64,000 nt of DNA from contig CAWVRN010000001.1 in the NCBI GenBank assembly GCA_963932905.1, forward strand, positions 192,001 to 256,000. The letters run 5' to 3'. The DNA is from an uncultured Bdellovibrio sp. (GTDB lineage Bacteria; Bdellovibrionota; Bdellovibrionia; Bdellovibrionales; Bdellovibrionaceae). The notes beneath the pieces were generated by a model that was not told the origin of the DNA, did no database searches, and worked only from the letters and a program-made list of their open reading frames with translations. The translations under genes were made by a program, and so were the position numbers. This document shows positions 41,963 to 50,575 of the stretch, in pieces (within the stretch, counting starts at the first letter, position 1; every line of letters starts with the position of its first letter).

Positions 41963-44239
41963 TTAGGTCCTTTCTGCAGATACCCGCAAAGATAAATTTT
42001 TAGTCATTCTCTTAGAATATAATAAAGCTGGCAAGACAAACATATCTCCGCAAAGCCCAAGGATCAAAGAAAGCACTAGGATCAAGGCCACTTGCGAGAA
42101 CATCAGAATATCTGTTAGAAAAAATGTCGGCATTGTTAAAGTAAAAATGAACGTGGTGCTAACCAATGAAACCGAAGTTTCTTGCAGGGAGTAAGAGATC
42201 GCTTCGTTTAGGTCGCCAGTTGCGCGTAATTTTTTTAGCAAGTAGTAAATGAAATGGGTCGTATCATCGACAGCGATCCCGAAAATAATCGCCACAAGAA
42301 CGATTAGATTATAATCCACCGTCATATCCATCATCTTCATCAAGCCACCTACCGCAACAAGGGGCAGGATATTCGGAATTAATGCCAGTAAGGACCAGCG
42401 CAGGGATTTAAAAAAGAATAAGAAGCACAAAAAAATTCCGACGAAATCCAACAGAAATGATTTTATAAAACCAGAAAAAATAGAGTTAAAAATATTGCTT
42501 CGGATAGTAGAAAATCCTTCCACTGAAGATTCAAAAACAGAGGCGTATTCAGGTTTTTGATAAATGGTACGTATTTTATCTTGGGTTTCTACTAACGTTT
42601 TCGAATCTAATGTTTTTAAATAAACAGTCATTCTGACTTCGTTGTGCGCGAGCGGATACGTTCCGTCTAGGACATTGAAATCTTCAAAAAGACTAAAGAT
42701 ATCATAGAGGTCTTTATCGGAATTAAAACCCGCAGACGCGGACTTTGTTGGATATGATTCACGTATGTATTCTTGAAAATTGCCCAAAGATTTAATATGC
42801 GCGACGGAATCAATTTGCGAAATCTCTTTTTGCAGGCTTAATAAACTATTTTCAACTTCCGGTTTTAAAAAATCGTCGCGATTTTTAGTTAATATGACGT
42901 CAACGGAACCGGTGAAGTGAAAATATTTATCCATGGCTACAATGGCTTGGCTCAACGGATGAGTAGGGACAAACTTAGTATATAAATTGTCGCCGGCTTC
43001 AAGTTTAGAGCTCAAGTATCCGAACCCGACGATCACGATGAAGAATATAACAATGATGGCTGTTCGAAATCGACGAACCCAGTCCATTAACGGAATGCCT
43101 TCAAATTTTAAAAGCGATTCCCCTATTTCTAATTCTAAATCAAAAAGCGATACCAGACATGGAATCAATTTGAATGTTAACAGGAAACAAATCGCAACAC
43201 CAAAGGCGCAATAGATCCCGAAATTTTTTATAGGCGGAATATCTGAAACCACTAATGACAACAGGCCCACCCAAGTAGTCACCGCACACATAAAACAAGG
43301 GTCCCAGATATGTCCGATGGCTTCTTTAAATTTGTCTGGCAAGGTGGCCGCTTTTGATTTCGACACGGCTGAAAATAAATGCACTATATCGGCGGTCGAG
43401 ATAATAAAAATAAACAGAAGCGCGAAACTGGAAAAGGGATTGATGCTGCCTTCAATTCCGATGATTAAACCAACCGTCGCTACGTACGATAGGCCCATCA
43501 CATATAATGAAAGCAAACATACCTTCCATGATCGGAACAATGCGAACAAAAGAGAAATGATTATGAATAACACTAACGGAAGAATTTTGACTTGGCTTTT
43601 AATAATTTCTTTTACGAAATAGTCGCGCGCAATTTCAGTTCCGATCAAGTGCACCTTTAAATCAGGATAATTTTTCTCTGTTAGACCTTTGATAAAATTA
43701 AGGCTAGCGATAACTTGCTTGATTTGCTTAGGAGATAAATCGTTATGAATATTCACATAGATTAAAGAAGCCTTTTCGTCGGGGCTTAAATAGCTATAAC
43801 GAAAAACGGGACTGTTTTGCAAAAGATCACGGCCTTTTTCTGATAAGGCCTTGTTTTCGAAAAACGTTTTCAAAAATAATTTATCGCCATCCATTTTTAC
43901 GTATTCGACTTCATTAAGAGATCGAATGGTATTTAGGTAATCGACTTTCTTAATTCTTTCGGCAGTCTCAAAAATGATATTGTAGAAATCGGGACGTGTT
44001 GGAAATGGTGTGGGTGATTCAATCAATAAATAGGCGTCATTTTCGTCATTATATTTTTCTAAATGCTGCTTATATTTTATGAGTGTTGGATCATTCGGAT
44101 CTAAAACGCTGATAATATTATAAGGTTTGATATTCTTAACGACGATAATGCCGGTGACTACAACAAGCAGGATGCTTAAGGCGACAATAAGTCGACGTAG
44201 ATGTACCTTCAACTGATTATCCATTCCGCCGCTATCCAA
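41963..44239 (-). CDS. MMPL/RND family transporter
   Basis: Two-fold 1+5 TM repeat with periplasmic loops; ISTADIVH and GIAVDDTTH. Start may be ATG 44224. Confidence 0.9.
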   Translation of the reverse strand: MDSGGMDNQLKVHLRRLIVALSILLVVVTGIIVVKNIKPYNIISVLDPNDPTLIKYKQHLEKYNDENDAYLLIESPTPFPTRPDFYNIIFETAERIKKVDYLNTIRSLNEVEYVKMDGDKLFLKTFFENKALSEKGRDLLQNSPVFRYSYLSPDEKASLIYVNIHNDLSPKQIKQVIASLNFIKGLTEKNYPDLKVHLIGTEIARDYFVKEIIKSQVKILPLVLFIIISLLFALFRSWKVCLLSLYVMGLSYVATVGLIIGIEGSINPFSSFALLFIFIISTADIVHLFSAVSKSKAATLPDKFKEAIGHIWDPCFMCAVTTWVGLLSLVVSDIPPIKNFGIYCAFGVAICFLLTFKLIPCLVSLFDLELEIGESLLKFEGIPLMDWVRRFRTAIIVIFFIVIVGFGYLSSKLEAGDNLYTKFVPTHPLSQAIVAMDKYFHFTGSVDVILTKNRDDFLKPEVENSLLSLQKEISQIDSVAHIKSLGNFQEYIRESYPTKSASAGFNSDKDLYDIFSLFEDFNVLDGTYPLAHNEVRMTVYLKTLDSKTLVETQDKIRTIYQKPEYASVFESSVEGFSTIRSNIFNSIFSGFIKSFLLDFVGIFLCFLFFFKSLRWSLLALIPNILPLVAVGGLMKMMDMTVDYNLIVLVAIIFGIAVDDTTHFIYYLLKKLRATGDLNEAISYSLQETSVSLVSTTFIFTLTMPTFFLTDILMFSQVALILVLSLILGLCGDMFVLPALLYSKRMTKNLSLRVSAERT

Positions 44240-45096
44240 AGCAGGCGTGCACCCAGCAATGTCTTAATCAGACTTCCGTAGCGGATTTTTGTATTGTCAA
44301 ATGGCGTGCGTGACCATTTGTACATTTGTACAACACCGAGCAGGAAAAACATGTTAAATCCAAAAAACAAAATCATTGAACTAAAGCCTGCCTGTTTCGG
44401 AAAAAACAGAATCTGGGTTAAATCTGTGATAACAAGGCCCGCAATCAAAAGTGCTGCCCCTACTTTAAGCGCTCGAGTAGGTCCTAATAATGTTGTGAAA
44501 TTGCGCCCGACAGCATAGGTATCGCTCGCTTTAAGTTGAAATATTTGTGTTGCGGGATAAGATCCAGCTACCGTGATAGTGAATGAAATCGCAAATAGAA
44601 CAGTCGCCACATCCGGAAGACTGTCGCTAAAAGTCGCTCCCATCATAACGCCAACAAAACCGCAACCAAGTGCATTTATCAAATTATCGATAACGCCAAC
44701 TTCTTTTCCCCGCCAAGTAAAACCCGGAAGTTTTACCGAATACAACACAGATAGTACCAAGGAAAGTGCCGCCATCGTCATCGCCCATTGGCCAAATTGG
44801 GAACTTAAAACTACGGCTAGAAACATTAAAATAATTCCAAAGTGACCCAAGTACTTTGGTTTCTCTGGTGGGTTTTCTAGGAAATTCAAAGGCCCGTTGT
44901 CGTTATCGAAGTGCGTGTTCAATGCACACGTTCCGCCGAAAAGTAGGACACTATAAATAAAAAATAAACTCAGTAGTTCAATCGCGATCGATACATGAGC
45001 ACCTTTCTGAGGATTTATCGCATATCCTGTGAGCGCAAATGTAAAGCTGGGGATGAATGATTTGGGTCTAAGATGCAGAATATAGTTTTTGATCAT
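44209..45096 (-). CDS. UbiA-superfamily prenyltransferase (YPxTQI-type)
   Basis: HLRP, NTHFDND Asp-rich motif, LYS...K, YPATQIFQ...D, multi-TM. Confidence 0.8.
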   Translation of the reverse strand: MIKNYILHLRPKSFIPSFTFALTGYAINPQKGAHVSIAIELLSLFFIYSVLLFGGTCALNTHFDNDNGPLNFLENPPEKPKYLGHFGIILMFLAVVLSSQFGQWAMTMAALSLVLSVLYSVKLPGFTWRGKEVGVIDNLINALGCGFVGVMMGATFSDSLPDVATVLFAISFTITVAGSYPATQIFQLKASDTYAVGRNFTTLLGPTRALKVGAALLIAGLVITDLTQILFFPKQAGFSSMILFFGFNMFFLLGVVQMYKWSRTPFDNTKIRYGSLIKTLLGARLLWIAAEWIIS

Positions 45097-45995
45097 TCTT
45101 TTTCTTCCTTATGAAAATGACTTGAAGAACTTAAATATTTAGAACGTGTACTGACACCGGCACCCCAAACGTCTGCCATTTTTTTTTCGAGGTCATTTAG
45201 TAAAATAGTACCTAGTTTCCTGGGTCGATATTTGTTTTCTATTTCAAGCTCATGGACAACCCATTCATCTTTTTGATGAGTTAAGGCGTCTCGAAATACA
45301 GCACGATCGTAAGATGCTTCCATTAACCATATGTTTTCAGGACGAGTTTTAAAAAACTCAGGAACTAGAAATATATTTTTCTCTGAATGCTTGATGAAGT
45401 AGGCCTTTGCAAGTGGGCTATTTTTGTCTGTGTAGATATGGTAACGTTGGCGCACAGAATGTCCCCAAACGACGGGGCGCATTTGTCTGGAATCGATACC
45501 CAAGTCTCGCATTTTTTGAAAGGGAGCCAGACTAGAATCTTTTTTTCGAGCCATCCATTGAGTGAATTTTCTAGACACTTCTGATCGAGCAGCTTCGTCA
45601 GTGATAAATTGGTTTATTAAATCGGTCATCGGGACATTATCGACTTTTTGCTTAGAAAAGTCTTTATATTCAAGTTCCATACGAATTTGTCCGGCTTCGG
45701 TCATTTCGCTTTTAATTTGGACCGCATATTCCCATTTGCCCTTTTTCTTTTCCACGCGACGCAGGCGGAAGCTGTGCGATGATCGTCTGATATTCCAATC
45801 GGGTGTATCAAAATAAATATCGTAAGTAATGTATTGTGAATGTGGATGAAAAACGAATGGATAAATAAGATTTAGTTTGTCGCCTTCAAGCTTTGTAGGG
45901 TCTATGATATATTTGCGCTGTTCTTCAACGCCAGTGCTGGCATGCAATGTCTGACAGGTTATCATTGCTACTAGAAAAATTTTGAAAATTACCAT
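45093..45995 (-). CDS. exported CYTH / triphosphate tunnel metalloenzyme
   Basis: Signal peptide, EEQRKY, DIYFDT, FRLRR, QIK, RMELE, ELEIE, SKY. Confidence 0.8.
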   Translation of the reverse strand: MVIFKIFLVAMITCQTLHASTGVEEQRKYIIDPTKLEGDKLNLIYPFVFHPHSQYITYDIYFDTPDWNIRRSSHSFRLRRVEKKKGKWEYAVQIKSEMTEAGQIRMELEYKDFSKQKVDNVPMTDLINQFITDEAARSEVSRKFTQWMARKKDSSLAPFQKMRDLGIDSRQMRPVVWGHSVRQRYHIYTDKNSPLAKAYFIKHSEKNIFLVPEFFKTRPENIWLMEASYDRAVFRDALTHQKDEWVVHELEIENKYRPRKLGTILLNDLEKKMADVWGAGVSTRSKYLSSSSHFHKEEKE

Positions 45996-47554
45996 CCAAA
46001 ACCTCGGAAGCGGCCTTTGTCGTGGAGCAGACCCTGCGGGTAGATCTCTTCGCTGGGTTCTTCGACTAAAAAACCATCTTTTACTATCCAGCGTTCTTGA
46101 TCGCGATAAGAATACATTCTATTAATTGTAATGGGGTGGGCATCCTCAATTCCAAACACAGATAAAATTTGTTTTCGACGCTCAGCCAGTTTGAAAAGGT
46201 AAAGTTCTTGAACGTAACTTGGCCAGCCAGAGTATGACAGACAATCGCGTAAGATTTTTTCGTCAATTTGAGCTATTTGACCGGCCATCCATTGAAGGTC
46301 TTCATATTGGGCTGATGTGTAGGTCTTTAAAATCGCATTTACGTGGCCGTTAAATTGAATTTTTCCGTTTTCGATGGAAACTAAATCCCAAGGAAATTCA
46401 TTGACTAGGCTAGCTTTGATATCACGAGGAAATCGATTTATCTTCACGCCCATGCTGACTCCCAGATCGCTGAACGATCCAATCAGTTTGGTTTCTGATC
46501 TTTCATTCATAAATATGGACAGCAAAGTATTTATTTCTTTGATATCCCATACACCTAACCACAACAGCGCTAAAACAGCGCCGCGCAGTTCGCGTCGGTT
46601 TATATTGTCAGGATGGCCCGATAACATTCCACCTAGGCGAAGCTCATCTTTGGGACGCGCATCGATGGCGGCTGATTTAAAAGAAACAAAATATTGACCA
46701 CGAAATGGTCCAAGCTCTGGAAATTTTGAAATTAAAGCCCGATCAATACGACCGACATTCTTAATAAAAGGGCTTAGGTTGATTTGGTATCCGTTATAGA
46801 TAAATTTTACGAAGTGAGCCACAGAACGTTTTTTCTTGTTCTCTGTTTTCCCAAGGATCAAATTTATTTCCCCTGGCTTCGAGTAATAGGGATAATCTGT
46901 GTTAAAACCAAGTGCAGAAAAAATTCGAGATGCAACAGGGTCAGAATTTACCTCGTCGCCCCATTTCATTAGCCACCGACTTCCCGTCGCTAAATCTATG
47001 ATATGAGCTTTCGGCGCGCTGCCTTTGACTTCAAGTCGATCTAAGCTTGCCCACCGAAAAGAACTTTTAATTCCATGCTCAGCTGCTTTTCTATCAAATT
47101 CTTTTTCGCGCGGACCAGCTGGTTGCGCCCAAAAGATCGAAGGCTCGATTTCAGTAATTTGCTTAATACTCTCTGGAATTTTGTAGCGCAGAAAAAAAGA
47201 ACTGAATTGATGACTCGCGCCCATCATCATTATGTCAAAAATCCCAAGTCCTTCATCAAATTTAAATTTCTGAATCCAAGAATCACGAATGTATTTTAAA
47301 TCTAAAAACAGCGCCGTTGAGCTGGGATCATCTATCTTGCCTTCATCCAAAGCTTCTTCCAGAGCCTCACAATTTCTACGAACGTGAATCAACAACTGAT
47401 CCTTACGTTTTTCTATTTTGTAACCGTCGATTTCTTTAGAGGAATCGTTTGTGAGTTCGTTACAAAGCGATCTAATTTCTGCAATGGAATTCGACGCTAA
47501 ACAAAACGCTGGCGCCGCGCAGACCAAAAGACCCAGGATAAATTTGGATACCAT
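45989..47554 (-). CDS. exported atypical kinase-fold protein
   Basis: Signal peptide; KGSAPK, WLMKWGDE, WDIKEIN (DxKxxN) and SDLG (DFG-like) in kinase order. Confidence 0.65.
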   Translation of the reverse strand: MVSKFILGLLVCAAPAFCLASNSIAEIRSLCNELTNDSSKEIDGYKIEKRKDQLLIHVRRNCEALEEALDEGKIDDPSSTALFLDLKYIRDSWIQKFKFDEGLGIFDIMMMGASHQFSSFFLRYKIPESIKQITEIEPSIFWAQPAGPREKEFDRKAAEHGIKSSFRWASLDRLEVKGSAPKAHIIDLATGSRWLMKWGDEVNSDPVASRIFSALGFNTDYPYYSKPGEINLILGKTENKKKRSVAHFVKFIYNGYQINLSPFIKNVGRIDRALISKFPELGPFRGQYFVSFKSAAIDARPKDELRLGGMLSGHPDNINRRELRGAVLALLWLGVWDIKEINTLLSIFMNERSETKLIGSFSDLGVSMGVKINRFPRDIKASLVNEFPWDLVSIENGKIQFNGHVNAILKTYTSAQYEDLQWMAGQIAQIDEKILRDCLSYSGWPSYVQELYLFKLAERRKQILSVFGIEDAHPITINRMYSYRDQERWIVKDGFLVEEPSEEIYPQGLLHDKGRFRGFGW

Positions 47555-48076
47555 TTAGGTCCTCGATTTTCCTTTGTAGTCAAATATTTCATGATGACCA
47601 ATGTAAGAATAACTTAGGAAAATAATTACGAAGCACGCATGTAGATACCAAGGCAAATCACCGAAACCGCGGTATTGAAAAAAGAATCCCCAAATAAAAG
47701 TGATCGCTGTTCCTGCGTGGATGCAAATCCACATTCCAAGGTGCACTATTGTTTCAAATTCTGTACAACGCGGTAAATGCCAGAACATTTCATCTAAAGT
47801 TTCATGCAAAGTTCTAGTGACCCAGCAGCCAATAAAAAGCGGCAACGCGATCCAGGGAACCCAGGCCATCAAAAGCAAGCTAAACATCAAACCGTAACTA
47901 GCATAGAGAATCATTCTGTGCGTACGAAGCTCACCATCGGAGATATCTTTTTTCCAAATTTGTAAATGAGTCTTATGATCAGTGTACCAAAGGACACCAA
48001 ATATAAGACCAAAGATGATCATACCTAAAGCGAAATAAAGGGCGGGAACGTCGTTGAGTTTGTTTAAAATATCCAT
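47555..48076 (-). CDS. His/Glu-rich integral membrane protein
   Basis: About 5 TM segments with DHKTH, ELRTH, HETLDEMFWH and ETIVH. Confidence 0.7.
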   Translation of the reverse strand: MDILNKLNDVPALYFALGMIIFGLIFGVLWYTDHKTHLQIWKKDISDGELRTHRMILYASYGLMFSLLLMAWVPWIALPLFIGCWVTRTLHETLDEMFWHLPRCTEFETIVHLGMWICIHAGTAITFIWGFFFQYRGFGDLPWYLHACFVIIFLSYSYIGHHEIFDYKGKSRT

Positions 48077-48894
48077 AGTTGAGTCATTCTACCCACAAAT
48101 ACTAAGCTGCAGGCAAGAATATTAAACTGCTGCAACAAGATTGAGGACATATTTTTTCTGCGTATGACTTCAATAAGGCCAAAACGATAAATAACAATTA
48201 AAACCCACATTAGCCAAAGCGCTTTTAGTTCAGGAACTAGAATAGATCCCAAATACAAAGTGGCCGCACTTAGCAGATTGATACCGTGTAGCGCATAGGC
48301 CGTTTTTTCCACACCTAATACAATAGGAAACGTGGCAACTTTATTCCGGCGGTCTTCTTCAATATCGTCTAAGTCACGGATAACACTGCCAATAGTTACT
48401 TGTAAGGTGAAAAAAAGAAACGTTACAAAAACAGATTCTAGCGAAAAGTGATCAGAACCTAGGAAAACAAGTAATCCCCAACCGACACCAATTAAAAAGT
48501 TTTTTAAAATGAAGAAAGATTTTAAACGAATGTTAAAATGATCGCGATCATGACGAAATGAATACAGAGTGCCGATGAATAGAATAAGAAGCGCGGAAAT
48601 AAAACTAGTCCAACCCAGCGTGAAGAAGGTCAAAAATGTGCAGGCAATAGACGAAATTCCAAGCCAGCGAACGCTTGGAATTTTGAAGTAGGCTAGTGTT
48701 ACTTCACTATCCATAACGTCATCAAATCCATAAACAAAAAGGACCAAGAAAATAGTTGTAATTGTAACGATCAAAAAGTGAGTCAATGTGATATCGGAAT
48801 TAAAAGTAAACCCCGTCCACGTTACACATAAGGCAGCCAATAATAAATGCTGAATAGATTTACGTTGCCAAGGCCAATTGCTAGGTGGCTTCAT
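48064..48894 (-). CDS. UbiA-superfamily prenyltransferase
   Basis: YGFDDVMD, LYS...RLK...KN and RDLDDIEEDRRNKVATFP; multi-TM. Confidence 0.85.
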   Translation of the reverse strand: MKPPSNWPWQRKSIQHLLLAALCVTWTGFTFNSDITLTHFLIVTITTIFLVLFVYGFDDVMDSEVTLAYFKIPSVRWLGISSIACTFLTFFTLGWTSFISALLILFIGTLYSFRHDRDHFNIRLKSFFILKNFLIGVGWGLLVFLGSDHFSLESVFVTFLFFTLQVTIGSVIRDLDDIEEDRRNKVATFPIVLGVEKTAYALHGINLLSAATLYLGSILVPELKALWLMWVLIVIYRFGLIEVIRRKNMSSILLQQFNILACSLVFVGRMTQLWIF

Positions 48895-50392
48895 TTTTTA
48901 TCCGTCGTGGAACAGCACCAACTGCGTGGATCAGATGCGCTAACTCCATGCGCATGTATCGCGACAACCAAAGAAAACTCAAAAATAAAGCATAAATATA
49001 TATGTAAGGCTTCTTTGGAACCCGGGCAAAACTGAATGTCTTGCGTTTGTAGTTAATTTTCGTCGTGATTCCAAGTTCCTTACGTTTATGGTAAAGAGAC
49101 AGCATTCGTTCTCTAAACCATTTGTAAAAGGGACGAATGATCGGATTAAATCGCGCTGGGTATTTTAAAAGTTTTGGAAATAAAATACTTGGATGGATGA
49201 CGAACATATAATAGCCAGCAAAATCCAACTGAGTCATCAAACCATATAATTCCTGATCACCCATCAAAGCATAACGCTTTTCATAGAGCAAAATACGGTC
49301 TTCGAATGCTTGAGAGAATAGTTTTTCATATCTCAGCCAAGAACGTTCACAGTAATGACCTGTTTTTAAATGATCTAAAATCAAAGGAGCCAACCATAGG
49401 CTTTGCTGACTATTAAATTCCATACCTGGACTAAATAAAGGATCAACAAACGCAGCTGCGTCGCCGATCAATGCCAAACCTGGTTCGCGGTATTTGCGAC
49501 TAGTGTATGGTAAATGAGGATAGTGCTTGAAACCAGTTCCTGTTGCCTCTGACGTTAGCTCACCTAAACTAGGATGATTTTTTACAAATTGGAAAAAGAA
49601 ATCCTTCGGGTGCAGTCCGTTTGTTTTCAGAATTCTTTGATCATAGACAATACCGATACTGACTGTATTATCAGATAAAGGAATGGTCCAAACCCAATAA
49701 CCTTCACCCATAAAATGAGTAGTGGCATAGTGACGATCACCGATACACCATTTATCCCAGTGAACTGATTTATGACCGTCGATACTTGAAATTTTTTTTA
49801 CATTTTCAAAATGCGCCCAAGACGAGGCTGTCATTAATTGGTTAGCCGGCATTCGCCAGTTCCACTTTTTAGAAACGATACCTTGGCGACCGGAAGAATC
49901 CACTAACCATGTTGTGCGCAGAGTTTTAATTTCTTCGCCCATTTTTACAGTTACTTGTGAATTAAAGGCCGAATAATTGAAATCCATCACATGAGCCGGT
50001 CTTATAACCTCAGCACCCAGTTCTTTAGCGTATTCCAGAAGATCATTATCAAATGTCGAACGATTTACTTGAAACCCATTGGCTTCAGATAAGATTGACG
50101 GACTTGAATAGTCGCTGGCATCCGTGATTTTCTTTGTAGCCTCGTCATGGAAAATAAAACGCAGGCCCGTTTTTCTTTGTTGTCTTTTTAGAATGTGATC
50201 AACATTGAATCGATTAAAGAAAATAGCCGTGACGTCACTGAAGCTCTCCCCTACTTTTTTAGGGAATTCAGTTGATGTCTCGATCATGGCAACGCGAGTT
50301 TCCGGTCTTTGGCGAAGAATATTAATGACCAGAATGCTAGCGGCCATGCCCGCACCCATAGTTATGATGTCGTATTTTTCAGAATTATCCAT
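48881..50392 (-). CDS. flavin-dependent halogenase-like oxidoreductase
   Basis: GAGMAA FAD motif, KVGES, K-x-G-x-x-F (RKTGLRF), WVWTIP, GDAAAFVDPLFSPG. Confidence 0.8.
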   Translation of the reverse strand: MDNSEKYDIITMGAGMAASILVINILRQRPETRVAMIETSTEFPKKVGESFSDVTAIFFNRFNVDHILKRQQRKTGLRFIFHDEATKKITDASDYSSPSILSEANGFQVNRSTFDNDLLEYAKELGAEVIRPAHVMDFNYSAFNSQVTVKMGEEIKTLRTTWLVDSSGRQGIVSKKWNWRMPANQLMTASSWAHFENVKKISSIDGHKSVHWDKWCIGDRHYATTHFMGEGYWVWTIPLSDNTVSIGIVYDQRILKTNGLHPKDFFFQFVKNHPSLGELTSEATGTGFKHYPHLPYTSRKYREPGLALIGDAAAFVDPLFSPGMEFNSQQSLWLAPLILDHLKTGHYCERSWLRYEKLFSQAFEDRILLYEKRYALMGDQELYGLMTQLDFAGYYMFVIHPSILFPKLLKYPARFNPIIRPFYKWFRERMLSLYHKRKELGITTKINYKRKTFSFARVPKKPYIYIYALFLSFLWLSRYMRMELAHLIHAVGAVPRRIKNEAT

Positions 50393-50575
50393 TTCCTACC
50401 AAAAATCTTTGCATATGGACTTTGGGCAAACAACACAAATTTTATTAAATCATAAATATATTCGGTGTTTGTCCTTACTCGTCCAGTGTCATTTGTTAAT
50501 GTTTAGACGCACACCCTATCAGACACTTGGCTTGGCATAAGTGGTTAAAATAAAAGGTTAAGTTTCAGACAAAAT

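Noticed and set aside
48881..50392. Reading the FAD enzyme plus UbiA genes as a geranylgeranyl reductase / ether-lipid pathway
   Set aside because: WxWxIP, KxGxxF and DPxFSxG fit halogenases better, and no GGGP synthase is present. Not fully excluded.
50424..50474. GGGCAAACA...TGTTTGTCC inverted repeat upstream of the halogenase, superficially like a c-di-GMP-I riboswitch start
   Set aside because: The GGCAAAC is on the non-coding strand and the GNRA loop and receptor stem are absent. It may be a plain hairpin or operator.
39900..50575. Operon as a mobile element or island with att sites
   Set aside because: No integrase, transposase, tRNA or flanking direct repeats seen; composition does not look obviously different by eye.
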